Shown here in pieces: positions 37,039 to 52,040 of a stretch of DNA of 64,000 nt. The stretch lies in assembly GCA_964016885.1 (NCBI GenBank), contig OZ024747.1:21266001-21330000 (forward strand). The letters run 5' to 3'. The notes below the pieces were generated by a model. The model had not been told where the DNA came from. It did no database searches and was given only the letters and a program-made list of their open reading frames with translations. Every line of letters begins with the position of its first letter. Positions within the stretch are counted from its first letter, which is position 1. The position numbers and the translations under genes are program-made. This DNA comes from Eledone cirrhosa (lineage: Eukaryota).

Positions 37039-38369
37039 ATAATGTGAACTTCCATATAATGGTAGGCTGTAGATTGAGGGAGATGTGGCTGCTATTTGAA
37101 GCAGCTCAGACAATTACATAGAAGCTTTTTCATAGTTAACTTTTTGATTTCAACCCTCTCAAAACCAGATCTGTTTCTATAAAACAAAGCAACCCATTTT
37201 AAAGTGTTCCTATTTAAATTGAATTCTTCCAACATGAATTTATGTAAGAGTTGTATGTTAAGTTACTATCTTAGTAATGAAATACATAATTATTAATTGT
37301 AGGAAACCTTTTAAAATTCTTTGTTAATTACCATGTATAATATAAGCTGACACAATTATAGGCTGAATCAACTATTTCATGTTTGAGAAATGGGCAAAAA
37401 TCCAAACCTTATTTACATAGAATTTGGATTTAGTGAAAATTTTCAACATATTGTCCCGAATATAAGCTGATGTCCCACTATACCATCGATTTTATGGTCA
37501 TATATTACTTAGCTTATATTCAAGTATATATGATAATTGAAATAGTGTGTTTATTTCATTAGAAATACTGTCATAAAAGGATTACAAATGTTATATTAAG
37601 TTGTTGTTTAATCCCTATTCAGCTATTGTTTGATTGTTTGTTAAACCTATAATCAAAACAGTATTTCAGTCATCACCAACCCATCCTTCTCACAAACATG
37701 ATATATAATAAGGATTATATTTAAACAGGACTACATTAGATAATGTGTTTGTACCTTTTTAATACGGTAGGGTGTAATTTGAAGGAGATTTGGTTGAATG
37801 ATTACATAAAGGTACGCCCCTCTGGATTGAGGAATATAGGTGGGGTATCTAATTACATTAGGAACATAAATAGTTACATTAATTGAAGTTTACAAATCTT
37901 TATTGGAAATCAATGACAAATAATTTCATAGTAAGAAAGAAAAAAATTAAATGAAAATAGGGGAAAGCGGGAGGTAGGCAGTATACTCTACACTCCTGTC
38001 TATATGTTATATCTCAGCTGAGCCCTACGGAAAAAAGGATGAAAGCTTTGCCATGGATAACAGCCAGCGAAACATGCTACATCAGCCACTCCACCTCATG
38101 AAGCTCTTTCTTAGGTAGGATGCACCCCCTCTCAATTTTATGGAGGAAAATGGCAATTCTGGGTCTGGGGACACTGGAGATCTCAATGGTGAATGACACA
38201 AAAAATAAGTAATCAGTCAAGACTCAGTATTTGGATATCTTTTGCTCCTCCGTCACGGGTAGCAATGTCTGGGTTTGTTGAAGTGACACGGCTGGAGGTA
38301 CAAAGCATGTCACACATGTCACATCCTTGTTTAGAGATTTACCACACACCCACCCCCTGTAAGCTGTCT

Positions 38370-40410
38370 GGCTGATTGGTTAGTTAGATGACTGGCTGAT
38401 CAGCTGACTAGCTTGTAGATAAGCTAATTGATTGGTTGGGTGGGAAAGTGATTAGTTGGTGGGTAAGATGGCTACTTGATCAGTTAGCTGGTTGATTGGT
38501 TAGCTGGTTGTTTAATTGGCTAGCTGATTAATTAGGTGACTAGTTGTTTAGATGACTGAGTAGTGGGTTAGTTAGCTGATTTGTGGGCTGGTTGGTTAGT
38601 TGACTAGCTGGCTGGCTGACTTGATGGCTGGTTGTTTGGCTGGTTGGTTGGTTAGTTGACTAGCTGGCTGGCTGACTGGATGGTTGGTTGGCTGGTGTTG
38701 GCTGGTTGTTTAGTTGACTAGCTGGCTGGCTGACTTGATGGTTGTTTGGCTGGTTGATTGGCCGGTTGGTTAGTTGACTAGCTGGCTGGCTGACTGGATG
38801 GTTGGTTGGATGGCTGGTTGATTGGCCGGTTGGTTAGTTGACTAGCTGGCTGGCTGACTGGATGGTTGGTTGGATGGTTGATTGGCCGGTTGGTTAGTTG
38901 ACTAGCTGGCTGGCTGACTGGATGGCTGGTTGTTTGGCTGGTTGATTGGCCGGTTGGTTAGTTGACTAGCTGGCTGGCTGACTGGATGGCTGGTTGTTTG
39001 GCTGGTTGATTGGCCGGTTGGTTAGTTGACTAGCTGGCTGGCTGACTGGATGGTTGGTTGGCTGGATCACTGGTTGGTTGGCTGGATAGTTGGCTGGTTG
39101 GCTCACTGGTTGGTAGGCTGGTTGGCTGGTTGGCTCAATGGCTGGTTGGCTGGTTGGCTCAATGGCTGGTTGGCTCACTGATTGGTTAACTAGTAGGCTC
39201 ACTGGTTGGGTGGCTGGTTGGTTGGGCAACAAAGCCTGGGCTGGTAGTCGAACCCAGCAGGTTGCGCTAGAGAAGGTATCACAACCTGGCATCCTACATA
39301 AAGGGCCTACCCCAGTGAAACAGAAAGATTGTCATGCCATCTGGCCTTTTACCATCATTTCAGTTCAGCCTCAAGGAAACACCAATGTACAACAGTTACT
39401 TGTCAAAAGTGGTGGTACTGTGTTGTGCCAAGTGCCTCCATGGGGTTGGGAGGCAAAGTGAAACCATCCGGATGGTGCTGGGCAAGCCAACACACCAGCC
39501 AGTCTGAGGCCATGTTGGTTAGCAAGTTGACTGGTTGGTTGGGTAAGTAACTGGTTGGTTGGGTAAGTAACTGGTTGGTTGGGTAAGTAACTGGTTGGTT
39601 GGTTAAGTAACTGGTTGGTTGGTTAAATAAACGATTGGTTGGTTAAGTAACTGGTTGGTTGGTTGGTTAAGTAACTGGTTGGTTGGTTAAGTAACTGGTT
39701 GGTTGGTTAAGTAACTGGTTGGTTGGTTGGTTAAGTAACTGGTTGATTGGTTAAGTAACTGGTTGGTTGGTTAAGTAACTGGTTGGTTGGTTAAATAAAC
39801 GATTGGTTGGTTAAGTAACTGGTTGGTTGGTTGGTTAAGTAACTGGTTGGTTGGTTAAGTAACTGGTTGGTTGGTTAAATAAACGGTTGGTTGGTTAAGT
39901 AACTGGTTGGTTGGTTAAGTAACTGGTTGGTTGGTTAAATAAACGGTTGGTTGGTTAAGTAACTGGTTGGTTGGTTAAGTAACTGGTTGGTTGGTTGGTT
40001 AAGTAACTGGTTGATTGGTTAAGTAACTGGTTGGTTGGTTAAGTAACTGGTTGGTTGGTTAAATAAACGGTTGGTTGGTTAAGTAACTGGTTGGTTGGTT
40101 AAGTAACTGGTTGGTTGGTTGGTTAAGTAACTGGTTGATTGGTTAAGTAACTGATTGGTTGGTTAAATAATTGGTTGGCTGGTTGGCTGGTTTGTTGGTT
40201 GGTTAGTTAGGTGTCTGGTTGGCTGGTTGATTGGTTGGTAGGTAGATTGGTTAACTGACTTGCTGGTTTGTCTAGTGACTGGTTGGTTGGTTAAGTGACT
40301 GATTGGTTGATTAGCTAATTGGTTGGTCGGTTAGCTGGCTGACTGGTTTGTTAGCTGACTAACTGGCTGGCTGGTTTAGTGACTGTTTGGCTGGTTAGCT
40401 GACTGGTTGA
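38370..40410. repeat. GGTT/GGCT-based compound minisatellite (~50-bp units 38590-39060; 20-bp unit GGTTAAGTAACTGGTTGGTT 39530-40170)
   Basis: Direct periodicity visible; interrupted by unique sequence at ~39240-39520. Confidence 0.9.
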
Positions 40411-41041
40411 CTGGTGCTATAGATGATAGATCGATAGATAAGGCAGGTGGGCAATTAAGGTAAATCAATGTGTGTAGTCAGGTAGATAGAGAAAGAGAAT
40501 GATGATGTATTTTAAGGGAGGGGACCAACTAAACCTGATAGCTAGATATTTAGGCAAGGGGGCAGGGAGGCAAGGATGCTGATAGTCTGAGATGGCAGTC
40601 AGGCAAGAAGACAGCAAGGCAAAGTAGAGAGCTTTGGTATGATATATATTTCTATTGAACTAGGCACCTGGCCAATTTTCACATGGTGGATGAGTGAGAA
40701 AAGGAGTGGGGGGGGGGGGGGGGGGGTATCATGATAAGTGGGAGTATTAATAGTGGTGGTGGTGGTTGTGGTGTTGGTGTTGGGAGGGTGCTGTGCTGAA
40801 TGTCTATATTTAAATGAAATAACACATTATATTACAGGTACCTCTGACTGATTTATCCTAGAAATAAACATAGAGAGATAGAGAGAGTGAGATAAAAGTC
40901 AATATCTGCCAATGCTATATTGTATTGCACATTACCAAACTAAGATCAACGAGAACAACAAAGAATACTACTACTACTGCTACTACAACTACTACTACTA
41001 CTACTTCTATTATTATTACTACTACTACTACGACTACTACA

Positions 41042-41081
<40 letters not shown>

Positions 41082-43315
41082 ATACTACTACTACTATTAC
41101 TACTACCACAACTATCAATACCACTACTACCACTACCACTACTACCAATACTAATACTACCACAACTATCAATACTACTACTGCTACTACTACTACTGCT
41201 ACTACTACTACTACTACTACTACTATTCTGATATTCCGATACTTCAATATTCGAAGAATGTTTGTTGTTTGATATTTTTGTTATTTTTTTAATGTTTTAT
41301 TTTTCTTAAATTCCATTATTTGTTGTTTTATTTGTGTGTATATGTGTGTGTGTGTGTACTTGCATGTGTGTATGTGTACACTTGCATGTGTGTGTGTATG
41401 ATCATGTGTTTGATTGTGCAGTGTATGTGTGAGTGTGTGTGTATGATCATGCGTTTGTGTGTATGTCTCTGTGTGTGTGTGTGTGTGTGTGCAGTTGCAT
41501 GTGTAAGCGTATATGTATGACCATGTGTGTGTGTGTGCATGTGTGTATGCATGTGTGTATGTGTGCATGGGTATGCACTTGCATGTGAGTGTGTACATGT
41601 TGTGTTTGAGTGAATGTGTGTGTGTACATGATGAGATGTTTGAGTGTATGTTTGTGTACTTGCATGTGTGTGTACTTGCATGTGTGTGTACTTGTATGTG
41701 TGTGCAGGTGTGTGTGTACATGATGATGTATTTAAGTATATGTATGTGTACTTTCTTCTTCTTTACTATCACAATACAACTGACTGTGTAACATTAGCAG
41801 ATTGATTCAATACTCTTGTTTGTGTTTTGTTTTATTGTTTTCTTACAGTATTTTTTTCTTTTCTTTTTTGTTTCAATTTTTTTTTTCTGATGCAATTTTT
41901 TCTTCTTTTTGGTTGTCGTTATTGTTGTTGTTGTTCATTCTATACACAGATTGTTACACAGACTGACAAGTAACGTATTAAAAGAGAGAAGGGGAAAAGA
42001 GAGAATAGAGAGAGAGAGGGAGAGAGGGAAGATGCTGGCTGTGAGAAATTAGAAAGAAAAGAAAAAGAATATGAGAATGTAAGAGGTAGTGAAAAGTGGG
42101 CGGTGGTGTCGGTGCGATGCTGATAGTGAAAGTAAAACTAGATGTATGAGGGTGGGGGTAGGGAGGTGGAGTTCATGAAAGTGAAACTAGATGGGATAGA
42201 GAATGAAGGGAAATAGATGATATACAAGGAGAATTAGAGAGTGGTAATAAGAGGGGGGAAGTATAAGTAAAGAGGTAAAGAAGATGAGGAAGAGGGAGTT
42301 GGTATGAGAAGAGGGGAAGAGGAAAGATATGTAAATATACTCTGTAAAGGGATGAAAATAACAAACATGTAAAAGGATTAGGAACATGAGAATAAAATGA
42401 AAGAATAGAAAGAAGATGAGGTGAAAATAAAAGTAGAAACGTGGGAACAGACTGAAATGAAAATATTTGCAAAAAGAGAGGAGGTGGGTGAGGAAAAGAT
42501 AGAGAGTAAATAAAGATGAATGGATAAAGGAATCCCATCCTTATAGTTGATAGTTGGGATAGGGGCCTCAGATATGACCACCACTCTTCTAACCATTCCT
42601 AGTATAGTGTTCTCTTCAGAATGAATAGAGTTGGTGGGCCCCAAGTTCTCTCCTGACTCGATTTACAGTATGGGATTGACTCCCTTAGTCTTCGCCTCTC
42701 ATAGACACTCTCAGGTAGTAAGAGATTATAAGTACAAAGAGAAAAAGCTAGAGAGAGAGGGGGGGGAAGAGACTGGGGAGTATAAAAACAGGAAAGGAGT
42801 GAGGAGAAAATGAAGAGTGAAATGAAAGAGGATGAGTTGGAGAGAGAGAGAGAGTAGGCAGAGGAAGAGACAGAGAGTGTGAGGAAAGAAAGTAAGAACA
42901 GAACAAGGTGAGATGAAAAGAATAGCAAAGTAGAGAAAAAACTGAGAGGAAGGGGTAAGAGAGGAAGAGTAAGAGGGAGTTGAGAGAGAGGGGAGAGAGA
43001 GGAGAGAAGAAAAGTGAAAGAGAAAGAGCAATAAGAGAGGAAAATGAAAATAAATAAGAAGAGTGAAGAAAAAGACACCCCACCACTCTTGAATGTTTGG
43101 CAGGGTGGGTACTGTTAAAGACTTATATATATACATACACACATATATTTGTGTGTATATATATATATATATATATATACCTGTAAGGGTAAATATATAT
43201 ACATACACCTGCACAAACACACACACACACATATATATATATGTATGAATATACCTGTGTGTGTGTAAATATATATATACATACACATGTACGAACACAC
43301 ACACACACACACACA

Positions 43316-43373
<58 letters not shown>

Positions 43374-43433
43374 CCTGTGTGTGTAAATATATATATATGC
43401 ATATATATATATATATATATATGCATATTTATA

Positions 43434-43487
<54 letters not shown>

Positions 43488-43498
43488 TATATATATGC

Positions 43499-43587
<89 letters not shown>

Positions 43588-43844
43588 CATATATATATAT
43601 TTACACACACAGGTATATATATATATATATATATATATGTGTGAGTGTGTGTATACATCATGGAAATTAGAGAGAAATAGAAGATGGAACAGACATTGCA
43701 AGGGAGGTGGGGGGTGATGGCAATGGGGTGGGGTAAAGAGTAAGATAAAGAGAAAATAATATTGTAGTTGATGGCAGGGAGGGAAGTTTGAACTGTATCT
43801 TGTAAGCAGAAAAGAAGAAAGGTAAACAAAACACACACACACAC

Positions 43845-43887
<43 letters not shown>

Positions 43888-44676
43888 CAACACATACATA
43901 CGCACACGCATATATATATATATATACACATGGTGGCTGCCAACTCATTTTCGAGTACGGCCACTACTTTATATCCATGTAGGAGAACCCCTACCGATGC
44001 GCTGAATGTGTGTGACTTTTTAGTCCAGCCAGCGACTTGAAAACTCTGGTACAAACACTACACTTGTGACAATTATTGACACATAGTGCTGGGCCCATGG
44101 TACCATGTGACGACAAGTGCAGAGAGATCTCCAGATATAAAGTAATGCCTGTGCCGTCAAGCTTTTATAGTGAGCAAAGGCACTGCACAAAGCCAGTCCC
44201 ACTCTCTTAACCAAGATGATATTTACCAAAAAGAAGAACAAGTCAACATCATTGGATACCATCAGGGTTGCAGGTGTTATATCAGAGTTTTCCTTCTCCT
44301 AGAATTCTGCCTTGACAAAGGGCAAAGGAGCTCTTAAGAGTCAATGGCCATCCAAAATCACCGGGAGAGATGACCCCTTAGCCTTTGTCATATATACACA
44401 TACACACATACATACACACACATACATACATACAAACATACACACATACACATACATGAACGCATGCACACACATACACATACAAACACACATATACACA
44501 CACACAAAAACAGACACACATACACAGACATTACACACACATGCACATACATACACATATACATATACATATGCACATGCACACATACACACACACACAT
44601 ATATACACACACATACATACACACATATACATATACACATGCACACATACACATACACACACACACACATACATAC

Positions 44677-44732
<56 letters not shown>

Positions 44733-44811
44733 ACACACACACATGTACAAACCAAACAGCTGTATTAACCAAAGACTAACCAAGGACTGTAAAACAAAAA
44801 TAATAATAAAA

Positions 44812-44976
44812 ATAATTGTCTCTACTTTAGGCACAAGGCCAGCAATTATCCCAGTGTATTACTGGTACTTTATTTTATCGACCCCATAAGTATGAAAGGC
44901 AAAGTTAACCTCGGCGGGATTTGAACTCAGAATGGCAAGGGCCGTAACTCTATGCGTCAAAGCATGGCGTCCGACC
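44812..44976 (-). mobile_element. SINE family A, 5'-truncated
   Basis: Reverse complement of the 36676 subfamily (GGCCCTTGCCATTCTGAG variant). Confidence 0.85.
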
Positions 44977-45696
44977 TTAAAACAACAACAAATAAATCTA
45001 ATGATGATGATGATGATGGTGGTGATGGTGATGATGATGATGATGATGGTGGTGGTGATGATGATGGTGGTGATGGTGGTGGTGATGGTGGTGGTGATGG
45101 TGGTGATGATATGAGGATAGTGGTGATGGTTATAATGATAATGATGAAAATGATGATGGTGATGGTGATGAAGATGATAAAGATGATGATGATGATAATG
45201 ATAGTGGTGATGGTTATGATGACAATGATAATGATGATGATGATGATAGCAGTGATGGTTATAATGATGATGATAGCAGTGATACTGACAATAAGAACAA
45301 AAGAAACCCAGTCAATGAACAAGTCCAAAAACAAACAGTAAATAAATAAATAATTACCTATAAATATGAAAATAAAACCAAACAACAACAACAACAATAA
45401 TAATAATAATAAATAATAACAACAATAATAATAATAATAATAGCAACAAAAACAACAACAACGATAATAATAACAATAATAATAATTATAATAGTAATAA
45501 TAATAATAATAGGAATGAAGAAGAAGAAGAAGAAGAAGAAGAAGAAGAAGAAAAATATGAATGAATGAAAAACACAAACAAACAGTGAAAAGCTAAATTG
45601 TAAAAAGTGGAAAGAAAAAGAAAAAAAATCTTGTAGTATTTCATTGAGTACATATATTGTATATTGATGACAATAAAAGGGAAAAAGAACAAGAAA

Positions 45697-48071
45697 CACT
45701 GCAACAACAACTGCAACAACAACTACAATAACAACTGCAATAACTACTACAATAACAACTACAATAACAACTGCAATAACAACTATAATAACAACTACAA
45801 TAACAACTGCAATAACAACTGCAATAACAACTATAATAACAACTGCAATAACAACTACAATAACAACTGCAATAACAACTACAATAACAACTGCAATAAC
45901 AACTATAATAACAACTGCAATAACAACTACAATAACAACTGCAATAACAACTGCAATAACAACTGCAATAACAACTGCAATAACAACTGCAATAACAACT
46001 ACAATAACAACTGCAATAACAACCGCAATAACAACTGCAATAACAACCGCAATAACAACTGCAATAACAACCGCAATAACAACTGCAATAACAACTGCAA
46101 TAACAACCGCAATAACAACTGCAATAACCACTGCAATAACAACTACAATAACAACTGCAATAACAACTGCAATAACAACTACAGTAACAACTGCAATAAC
46201 AACTGCAATAACAACTGCAATAACAACTACAATAACAACTGCAATAATAACTGCAATAACAACTGCAATAACAACTGCAATAACCACTGCAATAACAACT
46301 GCAATAACTACTACAATAACAACTGCAATAACAACTATAATAACAACTACAATAACAACTGCAATAACAACTACAATAACAACTGCAATAACAACTACAA
46401 TAACAACTGCAATAATAACTGCAATAACAACTGCAATAAGAACTGCAATAAGAACTGCAATAACAACTGCAATAACTACTACAATAACAACTGCAATAAC
46501 AACTATAATAACAACTACAATAACAACTGCAATAACAACTGCAATAACAACTGCAATAACAACTACAATAACAACTGCAATAAGAACTGCAATAACAACT
46601 GCAATAACTACTACAATAACAACTGCAATAACAACTACAATAACAACTACAATAACAACTGCAATAACTACTACAATAACAACTGCAATAACAACTACAA
46701 TAAAAACTGCAATAACAACTGCAATAACAACTACAATAACAACTGCAATAACTACTACAATAACAACTGCAATAACAACTGCAATAACTACTACAATAAC
46801 AACTGCAATAACAACTGCAATAAGAACTGCAATAACAACTATAATAACAACTGCAATAACAACTACAATAACAACTGCAATAACAACTACAATAACAACT
46901 GCAATAACAACTACAATAACAACAGCAATAACAAATGCAATAACAACTGCAATAACAACTGCAATAAGAACTGCAATAACCACTGCAATAACAACTGCAA
47001 TAACTACTACAATAACAACTGCAATAACAACTGCAAAAACAACTGCAATAACAACTATAATAACCACTGCAATAACAACTACAATAACAACTGCAATAAC
47101 AACTGCAATAACAACTACAATAACAACTGCAATAACAACTACAATAAGAACTGCAATAAGAACTGCAATAACCACTGCAATAACAACTGCAATAACCACT
47201 GCAATAACAACTGCAATAACAACTGCAATAACAACTGCAATAACAACTGCAATAACAACTGCAATAACCACTACAATAAGAACTGCAATAACCACTGCAA
47301 TAACAACTGCAATAACAACTGCAATAAGAACTACAATAACAACTACAATAAGAACTGCAATAACCACTGCAATAAGAACTGCAATAACCACTGCAATAAC
47401 AACTGCAATAACAACTGCAATAAGAACTACAATAAGAACTGCAATAACCACTGCAATAACAACTGCAATAACAACTGCAATAACAACTGCAATAACAACT
47501 ACAATAACAACTGCAATAACCACTACAATAAGAACTGCAATAACCACTGCAATAAGAACTGCAATAAGAACTACAATAAGAACTGCAATAACCACTGCAA
47601 TAACCACTGCAATAACAACTGCAATAACAACTACAATAAGAACTACAATAAGAACTGCAATAACCACTGCAATAACAACTGCAATAACAACTGCAATAAG
47701 AACTACAATAAGAACTGCAATAACCACTGCAATAACAACTGCAATAACAACTGCAATAACCACTGCAATAACAACTGCAATAAGAACTGCAATAACAACT
47801 ACAATAACAACTGCAATAATAACTGCAATAACAACTGCAATAACAACTGCAATAACAACTGCAATAACCACTGCAATAACAACTGCAATAACAACTGCAA
47901 TAACCACTGCAATAACAACTGCAATAAGAACTGCAATAACCACTGCAATAACAACTGCAATAACAACTGCAATAACAACTACAATAACAACTACAATAAG
48001 AACTGCAATAACCACTGCAATAACAACTGCAATAACAACTGCAATAACAACTACAATAACAACTACAATAA
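45697..48071. repeat. 12-bp satellite (AATAACAACTGC)n, ~198 units
   Basis: Strict 12-bp phase over ~2.4 kb. Confidence 0.97.
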
Positions 48072-48298
48072 CATGAAGAGGAGAAACTAAAGAAAAACAC
48101 TCCACCTTGCAAAGCTTTAAAATAAATAAGAAAAACCAATAAAATAAAAGACAATAGAAAATTAGCCATTTCTTTTTCTTCGTCTTCTTAATCTGTTTGA
48201 TTTTACCCCTCCTTCTCCGCTTCCTCCTCCTCTCTCTTCATTTCTATTCAATCATTACTCTTGCCTCTTGCCTTACCTCATACTACCGCTCATGTCTA

Positions 48299-48359
<61 letters not shown>

Positions 48360-48481
48360 GGTGCATGTGTATGTATATATATGTTTTAATACATGCATAC
48401 ATATATATATATATATATATATGTGTAGATTTAACACTTCACTGGTCGCAAGTGTTTTTTAAACTTCATATCATCTCTCCC

Positions 48482-48552
48482 TATTTTATCTGATGAGAAC
48501 GCAAGTATCATCCCATGATGATATTTGTTTTTGAAATCCGCATAATAAAATA
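48482..48552 (+). ncRNA. Single type-I hammerhead ribozyme in a short insert between (TA)n tracts
   Basis: UAUUUUAU-CUGAUGA-[CAAGUAUCAUC/GAUGAUAUUUG stem II]-GAAAU-CCGC-AUA-AUAAAAUA; 8-bp stem I. Confidence 0.75.
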
Positions 48553-48581
48553 CATGGAACTCTTTTAACCATCTTTTGATC

Positions 48582-48617
<36 letters not shown>

Positions 48618-48658
48618 AGTATACCTTATATACAAGTATATATATACACACACACATA

Positions 48659-48993
48659 TCATCATTTCATTTTACGTCCGCTTTTTCCCTGCTTGCAAGG
48701 GAGGGACGGGAACTGGTTCTGGCTTGATTTCTACAGCTGCATGCCCTTCCTAACACCAACCTCATTTACAGTGAGTGCTGGGTGCTTTTTTGCTGTGGCA
48801 CCTCCACGTCCACTTTACAGTGGAAGGATAGGGACCCGAGTCCCTATCATCTCATTTCTACAGCTGAGTAAACTGGAGCAATGCGAAATAAAGTGTCTTG
48901 CTCAAGGAAACAACACATCACCCGATCTGAGAATTGAACTCACAACCTTTCGATTGCAAGGCCAATGCTCTAACCACTAAGCCATGTGCCTCC
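48659..48993 (-). mobile_element. CORE-like SINE family B, full length
   Basis: Reverse complement of 34292-34630. Confidence 0.85.
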
Positions 48994-49018
48994 ATATATA
49001 TATATATATTATATATAT

Positions 49019-49052
<34 letters not shown>

Positions 49053-49992
49053 TGTATGTATGTATGTATGTCTGTCTGTCCTGTATTTTTGTATGTGTCT
49101 GTCTGTCTTCTGTCTATGTATCAATATATCTATCAATATATCTATCAATATGTCTATCTCTCCACATGCTATAGATTTCTCAACAAACCCACTTAAAACA
49201 AGTGTTTTCACTTTACATAAGGTTGAATGTTATGAATGAACTAAGAGAGAATGTGATGGATAGAGAGAGGGGGAGATAGAGAGAGAGAGAGAGAGAGGGG
49301 TAAAGAGAGATAGATAGAGAGGGAGGTAGAGAGAGAGGGGGGATATAGATAGAGAGAGAGAGGGAGAGATAGATAGATAGATAGAGAGAGGGAGGGAGAG
49401 ATAGATAGGTAAAGAGAGATAGATAGATAGAGAGATAGAGAGGTAGAGAGAGAGAGGGGGAGAGAGAAAGAGAGAGAGAGGGAGAGATAGATAGGTAGAG
49501 AGATAAAGAGATAGCGAGGTAGAGAGAGAGGGGGAGGGAGGTAGAGAGAGAGAGAGAGGGAGAGATAGATAGGTAAAGAGAGATAGATAGAGAGGTAGAG
49601 AGAGAGAGGGGGAGAGAGAAAGAGAGAGAGAGAGGGAGAGTTAGATAGGTTGAGAGATAAAGAGATAGCGAGGTAGAGAGAGAGGGGGAGGGAGGTAGAG
49701 AGAGAGAGAGAGGGAGAGATAGATAGGTAAAGAGAGATAGATAGAGAGGTAGAGAGAGAGAGGGAGAGATAGAAAGAGAGAGAGACAGAGAGAAGTGACA
49801 AAGGGAGAGAGTCAGAGAGACACATAGATAGATATGCACTGAATCACACACATACACATACACACATTCACATATGCACATACATATACGCTCATACACG
49901 TGCACATACATACACAGGTAGGCAGAACTAGGAAAGCTGCAGTGGATATGTGTGTGTGGTGAAAGTAATGAACCACCTTCATCACCATCTCA

Positions 49993-50036
49993 TACTACTA
50001 CTGCTACTACTACTACTACTACTACTACTACTGCTG

Positions 50037-50071
<35 letters not shown>

Positions 50072-50225
50072 GCTACTACGACTACTACTGCTACTACTCC
50101 TGCTACTACTGCTGCTACTACTGCTGCTACTACTACTACTACTGCTACTACTGCTGCTACTGCTATTACTACTGCTACTACTGCTGCTACTGCTACTACT
50201 ACTGCTGCTACTGCTACTACTACTG

Positions 50226-50262
<37 letters not shown>

Positions 50263-50330
50263 TACTATTACTATTACTACTACTACTACTTCTACTTCTA
50301 CTACTATTACTACTACTACTACTACTACTG

Positions 50331-50364
<34 letters not shown>

Positions 50365-50377
50365 TACTATTACAACA

Positions 50378-50414
<37 letters not shown>

Positions 50415-50424
50415 TTACTATTAT

Positions 50425-50460
<36 letters not shown>

Positions 50461-50673
50461 TACTATTACTACTACTACTATTACTACTACTACTACTACA
50501 ACTACTACTTCTACTACTATTACTACTACTACTACTACTGCTGCTACTACTACTACTACTTCTACTACTACTACTACTACTACTACTATTACTACTACTA
50601 CTATCTCTACTACTACTACTACTACCACTACTATCTCTACTTCTACTACTACTACTACCACTACTACTACTAC
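49993..50673. repeat. (ACT)n microsatellite
   Basis: ACT/GCT triplets. Confidence 0.95.
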
Positions 50674-51019
50674 TTGAGACTTCTCTCACTTTCTTGTCAC
50701 TTTATTCCCTGTTTATATCTATTTCCTTCTCTCCCTCTCTCTCTCTCTCCCTCTCCCTCTCTCTCTTCTCGCTCTCTCTCATCTCTTCACCTCACCTCAA
50801 TACCCACCTGTCATCTCTCACATCAAACTACAGGTGTATTTGTCTCTTTCCACCAACACACCACTTTACAATGAATACTTTCACTTGACATAAGTGAGTG
50901 GTGGCGGCGGGGGGTGGTGTGGCAATAGGGGAGGGGAGGGGCGAAGAGATATAAGGGAGAATGTAAGACTTAATGAGAGGGTGAGATAAAAAGAGTGAGA
51001 GAGAGGGAGAGACAAGAAG

Positions 51020-51026
51020 TCAATGT

Positions 51027-51057
<31 letters not shown>

Positions 51058-51270
51058 GTTGACAGAGAGATTGAAAAAGAGAGAGACACAATGTGTGTGC
51101 ATGACCAGAGAGAGAAATGCAGTGTGTGTGTGTGTGTGTGCGTGTGTGTGTGCGCGCGCACGCCCGTGTGTGTGTGTGTGTGTGGTTGACAGAGAGATTG
51201 AAAAAGAGAGAGAGACACAATGTGTGTGCATGACCAGAGAGAGAAATTCAGTGTGTGTGTGTGTGTGTAT

Positions 51271-51308
<38 letters not shown>

Positions 51309-51410
51309 GTGTCTGTGTGCGTGTGTGCGTGTGTGTGTGTGTGATAGAGAGATTGAAAAAGAGAGAAAGAGATAGACACAGTGTGTGAGCAGGGCCAAAG
51401 AGAGAGAAAG

Positions 51411-51451
<41 letters not shown>

Positions 51452-51588
51452 GTGTGCGTGCGTGTGTGTGTGCGTGTGTGTGCGTGCGTGTGTGTGTGAT
51501 AGAGAGATTGAAAAAGAGAGAAAGAGATAGACACAGTGTGTGAGCAGGGCCAAAGAGAGAGAAAGACTGTGTGTGTGTGTGTGTATGT

Positions 51589-51627
<39 letters not shown>

Positions 51628-51707
51628 CGTGTGTGTGTGATAGAGAGATTGAAAAAGAGAGAAAGAGATAGACACAGTGTGTGAGCAGGGCCAAAGAGAG
51701 AGAAAAA

Positions 51708-51750
<43 letters not shown>
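51020..51750. repeat. Compound minisatellite: (GT)n blocks alternating with a conserved AG-rich spacer
   Basis: GAGAGATTGAAAAAGAGAG..GACACA.TGTGTG recurs five times. Confidence 0.85.
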
Positions 51751-51752
<2 letters not shown>

Positions 51753-51991
51753 AGAGAGAAGGATTAAGACTGTGTGTGAAAGAGAAAGAAGGAAAGAGAG
51801 AAAGAGAGAAAGAGAAAGTAAGTGCAATGACTACAAGGAGAGTTCAGTCCCCAATTTCATCTCTCATCCCCCTCTCTCTCTCTCTCTCTTGTATCTCTCT
51901 CTTTTCCCCCTCCTCTCTCTCACATCCACCTTTTCACATTTAATCACTTTCATACAATCAACTCTCCTCATACTTGTTCTCCCTCTCTCCC

Positions 51992-52040
<49 letters not shown>

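Noticed and set aside
42530-42720. Higher-complexity island, possible host exon (also 39240-39520, 43930-44400)
   Set aside because: No recognisable protein motif or convincing splice pair; probably unclassified repeat fragments; needs BLAST/RNA-seq
42726-44054. 442-aa IY-rich ORF and similar (TA)n/(CA)n/(GA)n ORFs
   Set aside because: Dinucleotide microsatellite translations
45358-48169. 800-900 aa ORFs in three frames
   Set aside because: Automatic result of a 12-bp repeat lacking stops in those frames
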